Positions 24,013 through 37,225 of a stretch of DNA of 64,000 nt are shown piece after piece. How positions within the stretch are numbered: position 1 is the stretch's first letter; every line of letters starts with the position of its first letter. The notes beneath the pieces are model-generated. The model was not told the origin of the DNA. It made no database searches and saw only the letters and a list, made by a program, of their open reading frames with translations. The stretch is from Eledone cirrhosa (lineage: Eukaryota), in NCBI GenBank assembly GCA_964016885.1, contig OZ024740.1, positions 232,872,001-232,936,000 on the forward strand, read 5' to 3'. Both the position numbers and the translations under genes were made by a program.

Positions 24013-27000
24013 TAGCAGTTTAGGACGGTGTGGCTCGGATTTGTTCATTTGCTATGAAAAGTTACATACAGGTAAACGTGGTTTGAAAGCGAATAAGCTT
24101 ATCAATTAAGTGCATAAAGCAGTTGAACCGGTTATTAAAAGTTACGAACCAATTAGCATTTTGGTCAATCAATGATGGGTTAATAATCCTCCAATAGCGA
24201 ATTTAGTAGACCAAAGTTGCAAGATGGTGGCCCTGATGCCGCTGGGTGTCAGATGTGTCCGCCATGGGATACCCTACCAGGAAATAGTGTTCCAGGCGGC
24301 ATAGCTCCAACACCTGCACCAACATCTATAGCACCTCTTTGTAGACGATATTGCGTGTCATCCCTTGAGGAGAGTAAGCAAAAAGTCCATTTCTGCTCCC
24401 TGCGCGGGAACAGGCAACATAAAGTTGGCCATGGGAGAAGCATGGCTCCTCCAAATGGATGCCCGCCACCGACAATGTTTGCCCTTGTGACTTGTTAATG
24501 GACATGGCAAAACATGGTCTCACCGGGAATTGGGATCGTCGGAAATCGAACGGGATATCTGACGCCGAGGGGTAAAGGTTCATCCTTGGAATGAAAACAT
24601 TCTCCCCTCTTCCGCACCCCGTTACAATGGCGGCCTCAATCAAGTGGGTGTCAGTGACTTGACGACCATGCGAGTACCGTTGCACTGCTTTGGTGGACGC
24701 AAGTTCCTTATTAGCATAATGGGACAGCCAACCCTAAGCTTAATAATGTGAGGTGGGAGCCCTGGGGGCTCAAGGAGATTTAATAAATCAACCGTATAAT
24801 TAACGATATCGTCGGGTCTGATTTGAAGGTGTGCTCTTTACCGGGAATCTTCTCAATCAGCTGCTCGTTAATAAAATTAACCATGGTATTTTTCGGAGCA
24901 AGGAGGGCTCTTTCGCTGAGCCAATCGAGGTTTTTAAAGTTAGATGAGACATTAAGAAAAACTGCTTCCCAAAGGTCAGAAGGGCTGCTCACATGTTGCA
25001 TAGGGTGTCGATTGCTATGCCGCCCTTGTCATCCGCAGGGATCTTGCCCTCACCAAGTGCTAAAATGTTCTGTGCTGCAGACATGTTGTCACCATGCAAA
25101 TGAGCAGGCATATTTGTGCTCAGGTACAAACTATTCACCTGGACCCACAACATGGACGACTTAAGACAGGCACGCACTTCATCAGCTCTTGTCCATTTGG
25201 GGATGACAGGCAGCGTTTTCCGAAAATCCCCTGATAGCAGAAGGTTTACGCCACCCATAGGAGCCGTAGAATCCATAATGTCTTGCCGGGCCCTGACCAA
25301 TGCCTCAAGGGCACCCTTGTGTGCCATTGTGCACTCATCCCAAACAATGAGGCAACATCTTTTGAGAACCAGAGCTTTGTGTGAACTCTTGCTGATATTA
25401 CATGTTGGTGTCTCAGTTTTTACTAAATCCAAAGGGAGTTTAAAGGTTGAATGTGCTGTCCTGCCTCCCGGCAGCAAAGTAGCAGCGATCCCGGACGATG
25501 CAACGGACAACGCAACTTTTTTCTCCTGACGAATCTTAGCGAGAATCAAATTCGTTACAAAAGTTTTTCCGGTACCCCAGGAGCGTTTTTTATTGGGGGG
25601 ATCCGGGTTTTTTTTTTTTTTGACCTTGAGGTATAACCAGTCAGTAGTTCCTTCAAAGGCTCTGGCGATTCCGGAAGAGGGGGCAAGGTGACATTACCGT
25701 TTAAGCAGCACATTGCAGGTGGCTCCCCAGCCCACTTTGTAGCATTGCAGAATTGGCAATTGAAGCGCATCTCGCCTATATTTATGTCAGAGCGCATCGA
25801 GTAATTAACATTTTGCTCATACTTGAAAGCCCGTAGGTGCCAGTAAGGGTTGTTGGGGCTCGTCACACCGCGTGCAGCTTCTCGCCGTCAACTGTTACGC
25901 TTGAACGTAGAACATTGGTCGTGTGGTTGGTGGGAAGGTCTGGCAGCAATAGCAGAAGCAACATTTGCAATGCTAATGGACCGCCCGTCTGCATCTTCAG
26001 AAGCCATGGAAGTAGTCATAGCCGCAGCGTCCGTAGGAAGGCGAGCCGTCCGTTGTTTTAAACGTTCTAAAGACCTCGAAGCAGCATTAGTCGCAGCGGT
26101 TCTAGCCAGGTGCTTCGACCTTTGTTTACGGCTCTCTGAAGCCCTGGAAGAAGCCTGGTATGAAGCCATATTGGCTAGGCGTGCGGTGCGCTGTTGGAAA
26201 CTTTCAGCGGCTCGACATTAGCTGAACGTAAGGCTGTCTGTGAAAGTCTTGAAGCATTTTCCTCAGAGGACTCGTTTGCTATAGTAGCCTTTTGCGCCAC
26301 TGCTGACGTGGTATGTCGACTGAGGCGACTTCTCTTTTTAGGTGGCATTTTATGTCCAAAAGAAAGGGTGAAAGTTACTTCTACAAAAAAATTGACTTTG
26401 AAAGTCTACTGTCTGTTTATGAATATTGTTATTGCTGTTGTGATACAAATGTTAGTAAGTAAATGGGTATCGAAAAATAAAGGGTGAAAGTTACTTCAAC
26501 ATAAAAATTGATTTTGAAAGTATAAGGCTGATAATTGAATGTAAAAAGATTGATAAGAAACCCCCCCCCCCCCCCCCCCAAAAAAAAACAATGTACAAGT
26601 ATTTGTATGTATGTGTGTATTTTTATGTCGAAAATAAAGGGTTAAAGTTACTTATACAGAAAAATTTGGTTTGAAAGTGTAAGGCCGATCTCTTTATCAT
26701 TATATGCTATTGTTATTTCTAAAACAAACTGTGTATGCGTTGATTGATTGAAATTACCGCGTTCCTGTTTCTATGACGTCAATCGTAACCATACCAACAT
26801 ATATGTGTGTGTATGCACCCACATATATGTGTGTATATGTTTTTATTCAATGTTTCTCTTTTTCACAAACACTTATAAGAGAAGGTAGCAATTTTAAGGG
26901 GGAGGTGATGAATGGGAGTAGATATAGGAAACGTATATCATATGAGAGAGGAGAAATCATCGATTGTTGAAATAAATCGATTTTTCCGTAATTGTGGCAT

Positions 27001-27142
27001 TTTTTACCCAATAAGATCGCCCATGACCCAAGTTAGAATATTTGTAAACATTCTGCTTAATTATTCATTCAATATTTTTGGAATTGTGTAAATGTATAAA
27101 ATTGAAACATACATACAGACACAAAAATCTGCCTTTTATAGA
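24012..27142 (-). mobile_element. Helitron with both termini, internally deleted RepHel pseudogene
   Basis: 5' A|TCTATAAAAGGCAG at 27142 and 3' CTAG|T at 24012. N-terminal MPPKKRSR at 26348; Cys motif CQFCNATKWAGEPPAMCC; Pif1 helicase motifs GTGKT, VASSGIAATLLPGGRTAHS, IVWDEC, GDFRKTLPV, QFPVRPCFAMSINKSQGQT, GQLYVACSR; frameshifted. Confidence 0.9.
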
Positions 27143-27325
27143 TAATTGTTTCTACTTTAGGCACAAGGCCAGCAATCACCCAGTGTATTACTGGTACTTT
27201 ATTTTATCTACCCCGTAAGGATGAAAGGCAAAGTCAACCTCGGCGGAAACTGAACTCAGATCGTAAAGGGACGTAACTATGCTGGAAAGCATGGCGTCCG
27301 ACCCTCTACCGATACTGCCAATCCA
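27143..27325 (-). mobile_element. SINE copy
   Basis: Reverse complement of the main SINE, abutting the Helitron 5' end. Confidence 0.85.
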
Positions 27326-27329
27326 ATAA

Positions 27330-27367
<38 letters not shown>

Positions 27368-27939
27368 ATATATATATATATATACATTTGTGTGCGTATG
27401 CATATGTAACTTAAACGTCTTAGTAAAAACCAAGGATAACTTCTTAAATCAAGAATTATCTAAATATTTTAGAAATGTCTGTCTTACTGCTGTTTCAATG
27501 AACTCTGTTACTCTGACTTGGGAGGTGCCACATATGTCTATTCGGAACACATTCATCTCCTTCTTTCGCCATTTCCTGCCACGGTGTCTAAAATCCCTCA
27601 TCGTCTCAAGAGCTCGTCACCAGTAGTTCTTGTTTATTCTATAATATATAAAACTACCAAATCACCAGCGCATTCACATCGGCTGTTGATCAGTGAGAAT
27701 CTACATTACAAATAATGCATAGTAATATGATTCTCCAGTTTGGGGGCAACAAATATACCAACAGATATAGAGAATAACTTTTTGTATTTCTATGATTTAA
27801 CCAATGCATTGTTTCACTATCAAAATTCATCTAAGCCCATTAAATATTGCAATATGTTACAAATTCATATTAATAACCAGAAGCTATGTAGTAAGCGAGC
27901 CTTAACACAATCTCTTGATCTGTCAAATCGCTCTCAAAT

Positions 27940-28268
27940 AGTTGTTTCTACTTTTGGCACAAGGCCAGTGCATATTGGTACTTTATTTTATCGACCCCGT
28001 AAAGATGAAAGGCAAAATTAACCTCAGCGGGATTTGAACTCAGAATGGAAAGGGCCGTAACTCTATGTGTCAAAGCATAGCGTCCGACCCTCTACCGATA
28101 CTGCCAATCCACCGCAATTAGAGTTTCTACCTTTGGCACAAGGCCAGCGATTACCCTAGTGCACCACTGGTACTTTATTTTATCGACCTCGTAAGGCTGA
28201 AAGGCAAAGTTAACCTCGGCGGATTTGAACTCAGAACGTAAAGGGCCATAACTATGCTGCAAAGCAAA
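27940..28268 (-). mobile_element. Two tandem SINE copies
   Basis: Two reverse-complement SINE bodies, about 27940-28115 and 28116-28268. Confidence 0.8.
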
Positions 28269-30455
28269 TAATACTGCTCTAAAATAATACCGTACATTTT
28301 ATTTTTATGAAGAAAGACGCGTTGGATTATCTGGTTCTGAAAAACTGAGTCTGAAACAATGGTCTGAATAGTAACATCTGAAATTCATTTGTTCATAAAT
28401 CTATTAAGTCATGGCTAAAGTGTGGCTTAATAACAACAAATTTAACGCGAAATATAACCCAGTTACTCTTTAGTATGAATGGTAACTTGCATTCTAATTG
28501 ACAATATGGAAATTATTGCTTATCTTTATATAGATATGCCCACAAAATTATTTAACCATTCCTTTCTAAAAGATTTGTTTAGCAAAGATTAGATCAATGT
28601 ATGTGCTTTTAACTTCTTTAGGCGATCTTCTGATTCCAAAGGTTATGAAGACACTTATAATTGACATGAACAAAATATCCTAGTCACTACTAAGACCTTC
28701 CACATATCTATCAAACAATTGTTTCTTTATTCGTCGTGCAAAGTTCAGTATTATGACATGTTTACTTAAAGAAAGGTCAGGTGTCCGATTTCCGCCATTA
28801 TTAATCTTTGTAAATAATAGCTAAGACACTTAACACTCGCTGTCTTTGCCACCTTAGAGTAAGTAAGTAACACGTTTACAACATGCCACAATTGTAAGAA
28901 GTAACTTTGCAGTATATTTAAAAAAGCTTTCATTTACTTGCAATAGTTTAATTGAACACATACTTAATAATCTGAATATAAAAAAGACAACTCATATTAA
29001 CATATCTAATACAAACACAAGCAATATTGGATATTATGTAATGTATAATTTTCCTCCGCACATACGGGAGATAACTCCGGTTTAGTTTCGTCTTTTGTTG
29101 AAGGATCATTAATGGGAATGTAAACTTGTATTTGCATACCTAACCAACTATAGTAGGCAAGGAATTCCGCTACGGTAATTCGTCTTTGATAAATGATGGA
29201 GTCAATTTTGCCTTTCCGTATGTGTAAAATAAAGCACCAACCCGGAATAATAAATTGCCCTGATTGTTAGAGCTTTATAAGAAATTCCATGAGGTATTTG
29301 TGCTGTCTTTTTGCGTTCTGATTTCAAATCCTTCTGTTGCAAATGCTGATGGCAGATTTAATGCGTCATCCGGTGGAACACAAACACAAGGCCATTGTTT
29401 GCCTTTATTGGAATCCACTGTTTTGCAAGAATGTGGTCAAGATCACCTGTTTGAGGATACTACTCTCTTCCCACCGGTTTTGGAGTTTCTGAAAAGTTTC
29501 AGGGGTACTTCTTTTCCCTCTCTTTTTAAGGAATAAAGAAACAAAACAAAAAATTATATTGTAGCCCAACAACTGAATGGTATACATAAAATTACATCAT
29601 TCTAAATGATAAAGAAATTACACATATAAATTCATAATTTAAACGTTTACACAACGTTTATCAGAGTGTGAATATTTTCCTAAAGAAATCACTCATATAA
29701 ATTCATAAGTTCAACGTTTATGCACTGCATATCAGAGTGTGTCATATTATGGATATTTTCCTTAAAATAACTAGGTATCTATTTTGTAGTCGTTAATCGT
29801 AAAACGCAGAGGAAAGGGATTGTTGAGAAGTAGAGATAGGTGCGATTAGGTCAACTAAATATAATGCTGGTTGTAGCTTTCAAAATATGTTTTAACGTTC
29901 TCTTCAAGAGAACATATCAATCATTATCAGAATGAAATTCAGTCCCTCCCAGCCTCAAATAGAGCTTTTTTGCAATGCAATGCTAGTGGTGTGGCCTTCA
30001 GATCTGACCACACTGACATATATATTTAATTAAAACACATACATATACATGATATATTTCGCTTGATTTATATAAATATTGTTCGTGTGTCTGTATATAT
30101 GTGTGTGTATATTTTTAAATTCTTTCATTCAAACTGTTTGGTGGGAGTGTCTTATATATAAAGAATGAAACTAACATTTTGTATTTAGTAGACATATTTG
30201 AAATCGAGGCAGGTCTATTGAACCATAAATAAGTTTAACCTCACCAGCGGCTCCTACCCTCCAATGAGTAAGAAGTTAAATATTCTCCTGGATGTATAGT
30301 AGTAGAGAAGGATTAATTATGCAAAACATTCCTTATTGACATATAATCGTTTCAATAGCGATGAGCCCATGGTACAATCATAATGAGCGGGACCACACTC
30401 TTCTGCGACGTCTCATCATCAGATATATGAGTTTGTATGAGCAAAGACACATTCA

Positions 30456-30491
<36 letters not shown>

Positions 30492-30505
30492 AATATATAT
30501 ATACA

Positions 30506-30570
<65 letters not shown>

Positions 30571-30809
30571 AAATATGAAAATAAATATATGTGTGTGTGT
30601 ATGTGTATTACAGAGAAGCAGGGCCCGACGGTATATGTGTGTATGAATCATCAAATTCTGTCCAGAATATGTTGTCACTATTCAAGGCAATCAATGTGTT
30701 ACTGCTGTCTTTTTATATAAATATATAGCGGTTGTACATTATACTAAATGAAAGCTATTTAAGACTATTCAACAGGTATTTAAGATTATTCAACAGAATT
30801 CGTAATATA

Positions 30810-31510
30810 ATCGGCTTGTCTCCCCATAGCCCCGGCGTACAGAATAGAGAAGGATTTTCCGCGGAGGATGGCAAGGGAAACGCGCTAGAAGAACCACTCC
30901 AACTCGCGGGGTTCACACCTGCGGCTAGCCAGTTCAACGCCTAAAGTGGTGAGTCGAGAGGTAGCCCTAGAGCCGAGGACACCAGAAGTCTCCACTGCCA
31001 AGGGTACAACCGCAAACCTGTCGGAGAGTGTGACCGGTATTTGAATAGTTTGGACTCCTTAGCCCGACGTGCAGAAGAACCTGGGTTAGTCGCAGACTGC
31101 ACTAGGTTTGTGTCTGCAGAAAGTGTCCGTGCAAGTGGCATCCCAGACGAGGGGTTTGCCACCACGCAACAGGAAGATGGTCATGCCATCTGGCCTTTTG
31201 CCGTCCCCTCAGTCCAGCCTCCCCGGCTCGAGCTGAGAAGGGAAGCCTGCAGCGTCCAAGCCATGCTTTATGACCTCGTTGAGGGCAGCATGGCGTGGAA
31301 GGCGGCCGGCACTGTGGAAACAGGAAAGCGGGTGGTGGCCGAAAGAGTCCACGGTGGATCGACAGCGACATTGGTGTGGCTCGCAGATCAGAAGGCCGAG
31401 CCTCAAGGAAACGCCGATGCGCAGGCTATTGTTATCTAGCTGCGCGCCAGTGGAGAAGGAGGCATGGAGCCAGACACCACTGTGGCGTTTGGAGGCCAGC
31501 TATGGCTTAA
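30810..31510 (-). mobile_element. Non-LTR retroelement 3' fragment with CCHC knuckle and restriction-like endonuclease (CRE-like clade)
   Basis: [17 protein letters not shown]...RHAALNEVI...[10 protein letters not shown]...LVWDATC: the RH..RPD..D pattern of RLE domains, disrupted by stops and frameshifts. Confidence 0.75.
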
Positions 31511-32704
31511 AGGTGAAAAAGATGGGAACACAAAACCAAATTCTTCATTCAAATACAAAAGACCATGTAACTCACATAAACTCGTACATACCCTAAAAAA
31601 CACATTCTCACGCCATATAAAACACAAACATACACAAATTAAATATATGCGGGTGCGTGTGTATGTCGTAGTGCGTGTCCGTCGTAGTTTGTGTGTTTGC
31701 GTATATACGTGCATTTTTAAGGGTATTTATTTAAATCTATGAAAACATATGCATCTCTTTGTTTCATTATTACATCGTGTGCATCTGTGTGTACTCATAT
31801 ACATATGTATATATGTGTTATTCATGAATTTATGTCTGTCTGTATGTATGTATGGATGTATGTATGTATGTATATATGTTTTCCTGAGAATCTGTACCTG
31901 TAAATATATGTGTGTTTATATATGTGTTGTGGGTATGTATAGCAAATGAGGAAGGAAGTTTGCGAGCAGTTGGTGGCTGACAGGAATGTCAGGTCAAATG
32001 TCGGGTGAGTATATGACGTAAGGTAACCATAAATATGACGTAGGGAAAGGCAGGAGTAGAAGGAGGAAGTTAAAACATCTTGCATTGATAGATATATGAG
32101 GGAGGGGTGAAACCGCAATGTGTTGTATCGTGTTTGAGTTCATGCATGTATGTTCATGTATGTTTGTGTTGTGGTTTAATGTTTATTACACGTTTGTGTT
32201 GAAGTATTTAGTCTTTTATAAATGTGTGTTAGTCATTTTACAATTATCACTTACAGATACAGTCACACGTATATGACCACACACACACACACACATGTAT
32301 AACATATTAATGACAGAATGACGTTTGAGATTAATCTTGAAAATATTTTATAATATTCATTTTGACTTATTAATATCTTAGTTTGGAGCAATAACCTCTC
32401 TAAGTCCATTAACGTTTTAAAACCCTGGCATCGTCTATTAAACAAAGTGATGGTAGTGGTGCAAAGGTCCATAACAAAGTCACCTTAGAAAACCTGCATT
32501 TATGAGTAGATTTATATTGGAATATACCATTATTAACTAATGAATTACTATTTAGGTTTGTTTCGTGTTGTGTATTTTAAATGTAATGGCCACTTATAAA
32601 CTTATGACTGACCGACGAAACAATATCGTACTTCTGTAACCACTATACAGATTCAACCGCGAATATTACAATTTTCAAATTTACATTGAAGTTAGTATAT
32701 TACA

Positions 32705-32882
32705 TAATTGTTTCTACGTTTGGCACAAGGCCATCAATTATCCCAGTACATTACTGGTGCTTTATTCTATCGACCCCATAGGGATGAAAGGCAAAGTTAA
32801 CCTCGGCGGAATGTGAACTGAGACCGTAAAGGGCCTTAACTCTATGCTGCAAAGCATAGCATCCGACCCTATACCGATACTG
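32705..32882 (-). mobile_element. SINE copy
   Basis: Reverse complement of the main SINE. Confidence 0.8.
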
Positions 32883-33129
32883 TGTCTGAACTACTCTCTA
32901 GAGATTTCTGGGTTTTAATTGTGGTCTTTTTAACACATTTCATCATAGTTAGTTGTGATACAGGATATTCACTGTTTTACGAGTTCTAATGCATATATTT
33001 CATTCAGTAACGACACTGCATTCATTTGGGTACTATATTATAGGAACAATTTGTGATTTTGTCGGATACTATCGGTTACATGCAGATCGGAGAATATATA
33101 TATATATATATATATATATGAAAGAAGTA

Positions 33130-33879
33130 AAATAAGAAAATTATAAAAATTAACTTACTTACTAAAATTTCACTCCAACTAATTAATTCTGAAAGGGAAT
33201 AAACATGGTTTCCAAATGGAAAGCATGGAGAATCCATTTCGTCATCAGGAAGTCGTTCTCAGCTAAGATCCCAGGCGATGCGTGGACACAGGGAACTTAT
33301 ACAAAAATAATTCAGTGGATGGAAAAAGGCAAGCGTAGACTAAATTCCAAGACATTGAAAAAAATCACTGCCTACTTGGTCGGTGGCAAATTCAAAAGAA
33401 TCAATCACGTGACATCGAGGTTAATCAGTGAGGAGTGGGGTGTTAAAAAGACAGTAGCCAGGCTATTACTACGAACTATAGTAGCAGTTTTGGCAACTTT
33501 TTGCTCAACAAAATAATTTGGAGATAATTATAAAGAATTAGTATATCTACCAACATATATATACAGATGCATACCTGTGCTAGCAAATATATAGGTTTTG
33601 TCTTAGTAACTTTGTGGTTCAATGCAAGGGGATGCAGAACAATTATATGAAAGACGGAAAATAAGAAAATTATAAAAATTAACTTACTTACTAAAATTTC
33701 ACTCCAACTAATTAATTCTGAAAGGGAATAAACATGGTTTCTAAATGGAGAGTATGGAGAAGCCATTTCGTCATCAGGAAGTCGTTCTCAGCTAAGATCC
33801 CAGTCGATGCGTGGACACAGGGAACTTATACAAAAATAATTCAGTGGATGGAAAAAAGCAAGCGTGGACTAAATTCCAA
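33130..33879 (-). mobile_element. Pair of about 220-bp direct repeats (33130-33350, 33659-33879) between (TA)n tracts, pseudo-LTR-like
   Basis: Near-identical copies, each with CTGATGA...GAAA on the - strand. Confidence 0.6.
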
Positions 33880-33885
33880 ATATAC

Positions 33886-33922
<37 letters not shown>

Positions 33923-33957
33923 TTGGAAAGGTTTGAAGCGATGAGTGTATATGAATA

Positions 33958-34117
33958 TTCGTAAAATTTGAGTATTCTCAGCCCGAAAGGTAGCCGTTAC
34001 CAGCTGTATACTATCTCCGTTCGAGCTGTGGTTATATCTTAAACCAAAAATATTTTACTATGCAAATACAGCTGGTAACGGCTACCTTTCGCACTGAGAA
34101 TACTCAAATTTTACGAA
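33958..34117. repeat. Inverted repeat, about 52-bp arms with a 55-bp spacer
   Basis: TTCGTAAAATTTGAGTATTCTCAG..CGAAAGGTAGCCGTTACCAGCTGTAT recurs as its reverse complement. Confidence 0.85.
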
Positions 34118-34294
34118 ATCATCTATATACATATCTATATATGTAGGAGGTGAGTTTTATTGTAACACAATAAAGCAATGCAAATATCGGATAAGTAGCA
34201 CTCTACAGTTTGTAGGACTGGAGTATAAAATAATATGTTGATTTAAAACTTCACTATTCACAAGTGTTTTTTAAGCTTCATATCATGTATCCCT

Positions 34295-34360
34295 ATTTTA
34301 TCTGATGAAAACACAGATATCATCTCACGATGATATTTGTTTTTGAAATGCACATAATAC
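34295..34360 (+). ncRNA. Type I hammerhead motif with long stem II
   Basis: CTGATGA 34302-34308; stem II AAACACAGATATCATC-TCAC-GATGATATTTGTTTT; GAAA 34345-34348; TGCACA-TA; stem I is short. Confidence 0.55.
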
Positions 34361-34548
34361 TTGGAACTCTTTTAACCATCTTTTGATCTTATATTACATA
34401 TCTATATATATATGCAGAGGTTTTATTTAATTTGTTGGGATTCAACAAGCTTAACATATTTTTATAACTGATATAAAGCACTCAACAGTTAGTGGAAGCT
34501 TGTCTTTTTTCCGGGTATGTCAATATTTATTTATAAAACAAATCTGTA

Positions 34549-34610
34549 TTTTATCTGATGAAAGTGCACCATAATTTGCCTTGGTTGCCCTTGAAATATG
34601 TATAATAAAA
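34549..34610 (+). ncRNA. Type I hammerhead motif
   Basis: TTTTAT-CTGATGA-AAG..CACCA..TGGT..CTT-GAAA-TATGTA-TA-ATAAAA. The homologous element lies on the - strand at 2040-2290 (core 2125-2131). Confidence 0.65.
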
Positions 34611-34671
34611 TAAATATGGTTTTATAAATATAGTTTCCATTTATTAATATATTGTATATATATATATATAT

Positions 34672-34789
34672 ATAAAGAAAAAAAGATGAAATCGAAAATG
34701 CAACTGGAGTCTTATTTTTAAAAAAATATATATATTTTTTTAAAAATAAGACTCCAGTTGCATTTTCGATTTCATCTTTTTTTTCTTTA
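34672..34789. repeat. Near-perfect palindrome centred on a TA tract at about 34730
   Basis: AAAGATGAAATCGAAAATGCAACTGGAGTCTTATTTTTAAAAAAATATA followed by its reverse complement. Confidence 0.85.
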
Positions 34790-35159
34790 TACTTTCACTC
34801 GTGTAGGACACCTCGGTTATTTTTCATTTTGTAAAAAAACCTCACTTTCTAATATATATATATATATACATATATATCTCTCTCTATATATATATATTGT
34901 TGCTGAGTATTATATAAAGTCATATTTTCGACTATGGCTCATTAAACTCACCAAGCGACTACATATCATTTGGCAGACTTCGCTTATTAGTAGAGGAAAA
35001 TGAATGTTTCAACTTATCAGACGTTCATTCCTCACCAGAAAAAAGTAAATTTCGGAGTTGGAAGTTTAGAAGCAAAAGAAGAAAAACTAAGAGGGTTCAT
35101 GTGAGTGTGTTGTTTTAAATTCTTCATCGTGTGTATACGCATGTGCACATGCGTTGTAG

Positions 35160-35195
<36 letters not shown>

Positions 35196-35558
35196 GTTTG
35201 TGTGCATGTGTGTATATACCGTTTGAACCATGTGTGTATTCCTGTGTATTGCCAGTTGGTGTGTGTGTATATGTGTGTGTGCTTCTTGTTATGTGTGTGT
35301 GTGTGTGTGTGTATTTATGCGTTGTGTGTGTATTTTGTTTGCGTATATATGTATATATTATTACGAGGTGCTGAAAATCGCACGCGTGTGTGCCTCTTAT
35401 ATATGTATATATTCAAATATAACTATCTATAAACATATCCCTTTTTACAGTTTGTCAGAAATAACAATTCCACTGCTTAAAGACTTAAGACACTCACTTA
35501 ATTATTCCATGTATCGAGTACATTTTCTAATGTTTGTACACAAACACACACATTAGCG

Positions 35559-35605
<47 letters not shown>

Positions 35606-35726
35606 TTAATTATGTAATAAGCAACACATAAGTATTCCATTACCCAAGGTTTTACGAAGTTAGACGATTCTAATAAAAACGTCTGACATCGTTCATCAGA
35701 TAGAAATCTTTATTTAGGATACCTAA

Positions 35727-35848
<122 letters not shown>

Positions 35849-36688
35849 ATAAATATATATAAACTTATACTGTGTGATTAAATTGTTTTTAGTTCACCAC
35901 TGTCTTCATTATTTTATTTCCATATGTTTCTTTACCTTCATTATGATCTGTCTTTTTCGATTTCTGACGACAATTTGGGGAAACTGCACTTTTTAAAACT
36001 GTTTTTAAAACTTATTGACTTAGTCTAAGGAATTCAATTTGACAAATTCCAAAAAGGTACACTTCTTCTTATTCGGAATGAGTTTATGGATTGACGATTA
36101 TCAAGAAAATCCTGAAATATAAGAGATTAGATAGTGTATTTCCCACAATAGGCAAAATAATATATTAAAATCTTGAGGTCATGGGTTTGGAAAAATGGAT
36201 CCTTCCGAGTGAAAATTAATAGTTTAAGGGAAAAGCGAAGGTTCGTAAGACGAAATATAGTGAAAATACAACAGACATTTCGTTTCTATCAAACATTTCT
36301 TATGAAAAATTCTCATCTACCAACATAAAGAAATGTATCAAGTTTCTCTATTTGAAGCTCTTTGAAGATCTTTCACATCATCTTTAATTCGTAACAGGTT
36401 TTCCGCCTAAAACTCGCAGTTACGGGAAAACAAATAAATAGAACATTACTGTTGCGAAGCAGTTTTCTGACTTTCTTCCAATATGCATATATTCTCGGAT
36501 GAATTAAATTTTTCTCTCATCCCAGATCGTCTCATAAATGTTTAAGAAGGAAAACGTAACAAATGGAAAGTTCATAGGGGATTTTCGGCAGCTGGCAACA
36601 AAATGGTGATATAGTAACATAGGTAAATTGATGTGTGTTGGGGTTACATTAGCCGAGGAAATGGGTCATTCATTATTTATATAATAAC

Positions 36689-36880
36689 GGGGCGGTGGTT
36701 TGGCAGTATCGGTAGAGTGTCGGACGCCATGCTTTCCAGCATAGTTACGTCCCTTTACGATCTGAGTTCAAATCCCGCCGAGGTTGACTTTGCCTTTCAT
36801 CCTTACGGGGTCGATAAAATAAAAGTACCAGTAATGCACTGGGTAATTGCTGGCCTTGTGCCTAAAGTAGAAACAATTAT
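36689..36880 (+). mobile_element. Young SINE with 16-bp TSD
   Basis: TTATTTATATAATAAC occurs on both sides. Confidence 0.88.
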
Positions 36881-37033
36881 TTATATAATAACGTGTTCGC
36901 GATTTGCCTTTCAATATACTGGATCACATTATTTATTTAATATTGGGAAGACGTCTCACCAGTCGATGTGTCGAACAATATATCGTTGGACCATTCAAAA
37001 TATGTTATGCGGCACATTCAGTTTAGCATAATT

Positions 37034-37225
37034 TATTGTTTCTACTTTTGGCAGAAGGCCAGCAATTATCCCAGTGCATTACTGGTGCTTTATTTTATCG
37101 ACTCCGTAAGGATGAAAGGCAAAATTAACCTCGACGGGATTTGAACTCAGATCATAAAGGGCCATAATTCTAAGCTGCAAAGCATGGCGTCCGACTCTCT
37201 ACCGATAGTGCCAATCCACCGCCCT
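37034..37225 (-). mobile_element. SINE copy (convergent with 36689-36880)
   Basis: Reverse complement of the main SINE. Confidence 0.82.

Noticed and set aside
24326-25549. Host PIF1 helicase gene
   Set aside because: Frameshifted, intronless and enclosed by Helitron termini.
30340-30430. CTGATGA...GAAA on the - strand as a hammerhead
   Set aside because: Stem II does not close next to the core; too weak to call without homologs.
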